A stretch of 62,975 nucleotides of DNA from Bacteroidota bacterium (GTDB taxonomy: Bacteria > Bacteroidota > Bacteroidia > Chitinophagales > Chitinophagaceae). A program made the position numbers and the translations under genes. The stretch lies in NCBI GenBank assembly GCA_052035835.1, contig JBPOHG010000071.1, forward strand, positions 1 through 62,975. Direction: 5' to 3'. The notes under the pieces are model-generated. The model ran no database searches and had not been told where the DNA came from. It saw nothing but the letters and a program-made list of their open reading frames with translations. Positions 57,767 to 62,975 of the stretch are shown here, piece by piece (positions within the stretch are counted from its first letter, which is position 1; each line of letters opens with the position of its first letter).

Positions 57767-58897
57767 TTAAATAATCGGGCGGTTGATTGGGGGATTGTCT
57801 CCACCAGTTTCATTGTTGAAGATATTGATGTCGTTTCCGGCGGAAGCCAGTTTGAGCCCTTTTTCTTCTACCTGTTTTTTTACAAACAAATTGAACTGTT
57901 GTTTCAACACATTGAATTCGGTCATGCTGAAAGGCTGTGTGAAATATTCAATGGTAATCGTTGCGCCGTTTTTATTGTATTCGGTGAGAAATACCGATGA
58001 TTTTGTAATACTATTTAATTGTGAATCTAGATATGCCTTCAACGATGAAATAAACTGTTCAATAGAATCGGAGGAAACACTATTGTCGAATTCAAGTTTT
58101 ATTTCTGCCCGCCGGTTGGTACGCATGCTCCAGTTGTCTACTACACTGTCTACCATTTGTTTGTTTGGGACGGTTACCAGTGTTTTATCGGCTGTACGGA
58201 TGCGGGTGCTGCGCAAGCCAATGTGCTCTACACTTCCGGTTACATTGTTCACTTTAACGGTGTCGCCGGTAAAAAAAGGTTTATCGAAAAATATGATGAA
58301 AGAAGCAATCAGGTTTTCAATGCTTTCTTTTGCTGCCAGTGCCATGGCTGCACCAATGATACTTAATCCGGTAAGAATAGCGCCCACATTCCTGTTAAAG
58401 CCTACACGAAGAATAAGCAGGATGCCTAGAATATAAATGATGGCTTTAAAAAAATCCCTGAAAAATACAATCAGCTGATCGTCTCTTTTATCTTTTGTTG
58501 CTTTTGCTTTTTGTTCTAGGATGAGTGCAACAAAATCGATGAGGCTCAGGATAAGCCAGATGAAATAAATGCTGATGAGAGTAAGCCCAACCCTTTCCAG
58601 GATGAGATCAAATGATAGCCCGTAAATACTAAATCGCCATGCTTCCGGAAAATTCAATTTGTCTATGGCAAATACAGAAATCAGGATAGCCAGGAACCAA
58701 CCCAGGGGTTTGATGATCAGGCCGATAAATTCTTTTTTCTCAACTGTTTTCCAGGTTCGCTGTATGGGAATGTACAATAAGGAAGCTACATACCGCGATA
58801 GCCACCTCCTGAATAACAATACAAACAAAATAATACAAGTTACATAGAGCAGGTTGCGTATGCTGTTATCCAAAAAAAATGTATCCAGGAAATCCAT
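57767..58897 (-). CDS. MscS family mechanosensitive channel
   Basis: 'ALAAKESIENLIAS..IFFDKPF..GD.V', 'G.VEHIGLRST.IRT...VTVPN'. Confidence 0.92.
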   Translation of the reverse strand: MDFLDTFFLDNSIRNLLYVTCIILFVLLFRRWLSRYVASLLYIPIQRTWKTVEKKEFIGLIIKPLGWFLAILISVFAIDKLNFPEAWRFSIYGLSFDLILERVGLTLISIYFIWLILSLIDFVALILEQKAKATKDKRDDQLIVFFRDFFKAIIYILGILLILRVGFNRNVGAILTGLSIIGAAMALAAKESIENLIASFIIFFDKPFFTGDTVKVNNVTGSVEHIGLRSTRIRTADKTLVTVPNKQMVDSVVDNWSMRTNRRAEIKLEFDNSVSSDSIEQFISSLKAYLDSQLNSITKSSVFLTEYNKNGATITIEYFTQPFSMTEFNVLKQQFNLFVKKQVEEKGLKLASAGNDINIFNNETGGDNPPINRPII

Positions 58898-58920
58898 GTA
58901 ATAAAATTAACTAAAATGAG

Positions 58921-59772
58921 TTACTGAACTGAGTAAATCTCTACCCGGTCTTTTTTCAGCAGGTACAGTTTGCCGTTGATGGCTTTGATGGCTTCGTATC
59001 CGCTGATAAATGAGGGCAGGGGATATTTACGAAGTTGCAATGAATTGAGTTTGTAGCTCAATAAATAATTATCCTGGAAACCATACAAGGTGTTTTTGCT
59101 GATGGCAGTGTGTGTCCATCCTACAAACGGAATATTATTTTTTAAAGCCCCATAATAATCGAAAACATAAAAGCCGCGTTGGGGGTCATAGAGGTAGAGC
59201 AGCCCTTCATGGTCGAGTAATTGTGCTGGCGATGGTACGTTTTCTACCAGTAACCGCATATCGGTACTTTCCTGGAGGAGTTTGCCATCTTCGTCAATTT
59301 TTTTGATCCTGAAATCCTGTTCATCAAACACCCATACATTGTTGTCATATGATGTTGCGATGGCTTGTACGTTGAAAATGTTTTGTTTTCGGAGGTTGAT
59401 GCTGTTGCGGAATATCATTAACCTGTCGAGTACAACCACCGTATAAAAATTCTTATAGTACACCAGTATTTTCAAAGGGTTGCTTACATCAATGTAACTT
59501 GGGTTGCCATACCGTTTAACATCATTGAAAACAGCCAGGGAGTCCCCATGGCTGTTTAATTTCTTTAACTGGTTGCCGGAATTAATCAGGTAAAGGTTAT
59601 CCAGGACATCTGCGTCCATGTACAGAAAATTGCCGGGTATTGTTTTTTCGAGTTTAAAAACCGAGCCCGAATCGTTTTTTTGCCCAATAACAGTGTCGGT
59701 TACCTGAAATTGAGCTTTGCCCTGTGTATGAAACAGCAGGACTAATAATATATATGTTACAACTGATTTCAA
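58921..59772 (-). CDS. Secreted hypothetical protein (probable beta-propeller)
   Basis: Signal peptide; repeated short beta-strand blades; start overlaps operon spacing after lpxH. Confidence 0.72.
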   Translation of the reverse strand: MKSVVTYILLVLLFHTQGKAQFQVTDTVIGQKNDSGSVFKLEKTIPGNFLYMDADVLDNLYLINSGNQLKKLNSHGDSLAVFNDVKRYGNPSYIDVSNPLKILVYYKNFYTVVVLDRLMIFRNSINLRKQNIFNVQAIATSYDNNVWVFDEQDFRIKKIDEDGKLLQESTDMRLLVENVPSPAQLLDHEGLLYLYDPQRGFYVFDYYGALKNNIPFVGWTHTAISKNTLYGFQDNYLLSYKLNSLQLRKYPLPSFISGYEAIKAINGKLYLLKKDRVEIYSVQ

Positions 59773-59778
59773 TATTGT

Positions 59779-60528
59779 TTACTGATGGTATTTAAGTTGT
59801 AAGGTTTGCCCGTCGAGCACTGCATAACTGTTGTATTTGATCCAATCCCCGAGATTGATATACCTGCTGGTATCATTGAGTTGAATATCAAGTGGCAGGT
59901 GGCGGTGCCCGAAAATGAAATAATCGTAATGTGCCTTAGTAAGGATTTCCTTACAATACAATACGAGCCATTCTTTGTCTTCTCCAAAATAAACTTCATC
60001 TTTTTGGCCGGTTTGCGCCCGGCTCTTCCTACTGAAATAGTCGGCAAGCCCCATGCCAATAAATGGCGGCAGGATACCAAAAAGCCATTGTGCCAGTTTA
60101 TTTCTAAAAACTTTTTTAATGAATTTGTAGCCATGGTCTCCCGGGCCCAATCCATCGCCGTGGCCCAAGAGGAATTTTTTGCCATTGAATTGAAAGGGTA
60201 CCGGTTCAAAATAAACAGGGATGTTCAGTTCTTTCTGAAAATAATCTTTCATCCACATATCGTGGTTGCCAACAAAAAATGAAACGGGTACACCGCTATC
60301 GGTAATTTCGGCAAGTTTACCAAGGATGCGTACAAATCCTTTTGGCACTACTTTTTTATATTCGAACCAGAAATCAAACAAGTCGCCCATGATAAAAATA
60401 TGGGCCGCATCGTTTTTTATTTCGTCGAGGAATGCAATGATTTTTTTTTCACGGGCCAGGCTGGTTGCATAATCCGGGGCACCCAGGTGAAAATCAGAAA
60501 GGAAGAATATTTTTTTTGTAACGTCCAT
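59779..60528 (-). CDS. lpxH: UDP-2,3-diacylglucosamine diphosphatase
   Basis: 'SDFHLG', 'GDLFDFW', 'GNHD', 'HGD', 'GHRH', 'LGDW'. Confidence 0.88.
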   Translation of the reverse strand: MDVTKKIFFLSDFHLGAPDYATSLAREKKIIAFLDEIKNDAAHIFIMGDLFDFWFEYKKVVPKGFVRILGKLAEITDSGVPVSFFVGNHDMWMKDYFQKELNIPVYFEPVPFQFNGKKFLLGHGDGLGPGDHGYKFIKKVFRNKLAQWLFGILPPFIGMGLADYFSRKSRAQTGQKDEVYFGEDKEWLVLYCKEILTKAHYDYFIFGHRHLPLDIQLNDTSRYINLGDWIKYNSYAVLDGQTLQLKYHQ

Positions 60529-60542
60529 TGGCGGGACTGGTC

Positions 60543-60971
60543 CTATGGTTTATTTTTTTGTTGAAGATATTTCAATAGATCGCCGGTTTCAATTGCTGGC
60601 ATACCTTCTACATTGCCATTGTACCAGTAGATCCAGGCTTTGGAAGGTTGGCCGTTTTGGTATACTTCTACAAGCTCGCGTTTGTACCAGGGCGTTTCGC
60701 CTTCTTCTACATTGAGGCCTTCATAGTCGTCGAGTTGTGCAATGGCCCATTGAAATTCTTCAGCATTATTGGCAGCATATAATTCACCGGTTATGAATGC
60801 ATCACCCGAAGCCGGGATGGCAACCGGGTAATCGCCTTTATCAAAAAACTTCCCCCTAACCAATGCTTCGCCCAGCAGCCTGAAATTGCCTGCGAGGTAT
60901 TGATAAGCGGGGTTCCTGAAACCGCTGCGCAAGGTTCCGTATACGAATAGTTGAAAAGTTGTTGTTGGCAT
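60543..60971 (-). CDS. Gamma-glutamylcyclotransferase family protein
   Basis: 'LFVYGTLR', 'GELY', 'LDDYEG', 'AWIY'. Confidence 0.9.
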   Translation of the reverse strand: MPTTTFQLFVYGTLRSGFRNPAYQYLAGNFRLLGEALVRGKFFDKGDYPVAIPASGDAFITGELYAANNAEEFQWAIAQLDDYEGLNVEEGETPWYKRELVEVYQNGQPSKAWIYWYNGNVEGMPAIETGDLLKYLQQKNKP

Positions 60972-60989
60972 TGTTACTCATTTAGGGTG

Positions 60990-61622
60990 TTATGGCATTT
61001 CAACCAGGAAACAATATACCTCTTTTGGCCCGTGCACACCGGTCACCAATGTTTTTTCAATGTCGGCGGTCCTGCTGGGCCCACTGGCAAATGTAATCAG
61101 TGAAGGAAATTGTTTGCTGTATTTTTCTTTGAGAAACTGCAGCGCATCTTTAAGGTCGTACAGCATTTGGTGGTTGTATGCAATGCAAATATGTATAGGT
61201 GCATATACGCTGGTGGTACGGCCACTTTGCTGCACCGCACTCATTACAATGGTGCCGGTACGAGCCACCAGGTATTCACATCCGGTAATGGAAACATCAC
61301 AGGAGGCCAGGTCGCCATACGGCTCAATGTTGAGGAGTTTGAATAAAGGGAAAAATTTTTCTTCCCTGCAATAAATGTTTGTCCAGCCCCTTTCTTTTAT
61401 CAAAATCCCTAATTGTTGCAGGAGGTCATCCTGGTCTACGCAAAAAGCGAACTTCCCCTGCAGTTTCCCAAATTCCTGTGCAAATACGATGGCATCATCT
61501 TCCTCGGGTTGCCGGAAAACTGATTGCGCCCCCTCACTGTTAGGAAAAGGCAAAGGCACCGGATTACTCAGTGCCTGCCTAATTTTTTTAAGAATATTTT
61601 CTTTCGCCGAAGTGTTAGACAT
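60990..61622 (-). CDS. LUD-domain (LutC/YkgG) protein
   Basis: 'LVARTGT', 'GPSRTADIEKTLVTGVHGP'. Confidence 0.9.
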   Translation of the reverse strand: MSNTSAKENILKKIRQALSNPVPLPFPNSEGAQSVFRQPEEDDAIVFAQEFGKLQGKFAFCVDQDDLLQQLGILIKERGWTNIYCREEKFFPLFKLLNIEPYGDLASCDVSITGCEYLVARTGTIVMSAVQQSGRTTSVYAPIHICIAYNHQMLYDLKDALQFLKEKYSKQFPSLITFASGPSRTADIEKTLVTGVHGPKEVYCFLVEMP

Positions 61623-61632
61623 GATGCTGTTT

Positions 61633-62975
61633 TTAAATCATCGGCGGATTTTTAAGTTCATCCGGAATATCTTTCGATGGTTCCTTAACTACGATATCTT
61701 CTGCCGGTATATCGAGGAGTTTCTTTTCTTCAAAAGGCCTTTTACCGATCAGTGCTTCCACATCGCTCTTAAACAATACTTCCTTCACCAGCAGTTCTTT
61801 GGCAAGTTTTTCAACATCTGCCCTTTTCTCTGTCAATAGGTTTTTTGTTTTTACATAAGCCTCGTCTATCAGTTTCCTTACTTCATGGTCTATCATTTTA
61901 CCGGTTTCTTCACTATAAGGCTTGGTGAAATAATTTTCCTGAGCAGGATCGTAGAAGCTAATGTTGCCCACTTTGTCGTTCATTCCATACATAGTAACCA
62001 TGCTATAGGCGATCTTGGTGATCTGCTGTAAGTCATTGCTGGCGCCTGTGCTTATTTTTCCGAAGAAAATTTCTTCGCTGGCCCTTCCTCCAAGTGTCAT
62101 ACAAATTTGATCGATCAGCTGATCGGTATTATACAGGTATTGTTCTTTTGGAGTGTACTGCGCATAACCGAGGGCGGCAGTACCCCTGGGAACAATGGTC
62201 ACCTTTAATAACGGGTACGCATGTTCTAAATACCATCCGCAGATTGCATGGCCGGCTTCATGATAGGCGATGATCTCTTTTTCCTCAGGAGAAATGATTT
62301 TATTTTTCTTTTCTAAACCGCCAATTACCCTGTCAATTGCATCCTGGAAATCGCTCATATCAACGGCTTCTTTATTTTTACGGGCAGCTATCAGTGCAGC
62401 TTCATTGCACACGTTGGCGATGTCGGCACCGGCAAAACCGGGTGTTTGTTCGGCCAGTTTATGGATATCAAGTTTCTGCGATGTTTTAATGGGGGTAAGG
62501 TGTACTTTAAAGATTGCTTCCCTACCTACCAAATCGGGGCGGTCGATCGTAATCTGCCTGTCGAAACGGCCCGGCCTCAGCAAAGCGCTATCAAGCACGT
62601 CGGGCCTGTTGGTTGCAGCGAGAATGATGATGCCAAGGTCTGTACCAAATCCATCCATCTCTACCAGGAGTTGGTTGAGGGTATTTTCCCTTTCATCATT
62701 GCTCATCATCACATTCTTGCCCCTGGCCCTGCCGATCGCATCAATTTCATCGATGAAAATAATGCAAGGTGCTTTCTCACGAGCCTGTTTAAACAGGTCA
62801 CGAACACGGCTGGCACCAACACCCACAAACATTTCCACAAAGTCACTACCGCTTAAACTGAAAAAAGGAACTTGTGCTTCTCCTGCAACCGCTTTAGCCA
62901 ATAGCGTCTTACCGGTACCGGGAGGCCCTACCAGCAATGCACCTTTTGGAATTTTACCGCCCAGTGCAGTATATT
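61633..62975 (-). CDS. ftsH: ATP-dependent zinc metalloprotease FtsH (5' part outside the window)
   Basis: Walker A 'GPPGTGKT', 'FIDEID', SRH '[10 protein letters not shown]', zinc motif 'HEAGH'. Confidence 0.97.
   Translation of the reverse strand, partial: YTALGGKIPKGALLVGPPGTGKTLLAKAVAGEAQVPFFSLSGSDFVEMFVGVGASRVRDLFKQAREKAPCIIFIDEIDAIGRARGKNVMMSNDERENTLNQLLVEMDGFGTDLGIIILAATNRPDVLDSALLRPGRFDRQITIDRPDLVGREAIFKVHLTPIKTSQKLDIHKLAEQTPGFAGADIANVCNEAALIAARKNKEAVDMSDFQDAIDRVIGGLEKKNKIISPEEKEIIAYHEAGHAICGWYLEHAYPLLKVTIVPRGTAALGYAQYTPKEQYLYNTDQLIDQICMTLGGRASEEIFFGKISTGASNDLQQITKIAYSMVTMYGMNDKVGNISFYDPAQENYFTKPYSEETGKMIDHEVRKLIDEAYVKTKNLLTEKRADVEKLAKELLVKEVLFKSDVEALIGKRPFEEKKLLDIPAEDIVVKEPSKDIPDELKNPPMI

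Noticed and set aside
57783-58436. 217-aa plus-strand ORF
   Set aside because: Antisense shadow of mscS; the other short overlapping ORFs in the track were rejected for the same reason
1-62975. CRISPR arrays, IS elements, integrases, prophage, defence systems, tRNA/rRNA
   Set aside because: No repeat-spacer periodicity, no transposase, integrase or phage proteins and no RNA-gene signatures seen by eye

Overview
A gene-dense chromosomal segment from a Bacteroidota organism. The phylum is supported by a SusC/SusD pair, TAnnTTTG promoter boxes and no obvious Shine-Dalgarno sites; gene content looks Chitinophagaceae-like, which is inference. Most genes are housekeeping or envelope genes: rpoN, pcrA/uvrD, nfuA, pnuC-tag-nadR-like, mtgA, S46/M23/M28 peptidases, deoxyhypusine synthase-like, rpiB, tatC, prfA, recO, MMPL, gatB, alaS, mscS, lpxH and a partial ftsH. 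Accessory loci are a TonB receptor/PDZ-hydrolase/amidohydrolase operon, a SusC-SusD-lipoprotein locus and a LytS/LytTR-type two-component pair. I saw no mobile elements, CRISPR arrays, tRNA or rRNA. The strongest unexplained signal is non-coding: between prfA and tatC on the minus strand is a self-contained unit of about 87 nt with a consensus sigma-54 (-24/-12) promoter and its own intrinsic terminator. Its single-stranded core is complementary to the susC start-codon region and to a uORF start in the rpoN leader, suggesting a sigma-54-dependent sRNA with feedback on rpoN (hypothesis). Also notable: an in-frame TGA in the conserved C-terminus of the GH3-family gene, a second orphan-terminator RNA candidate, probable leaderless pcrA and gatB, and a cupredoxin lacking the axial Met. 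All calls are by eye, with no database searches.
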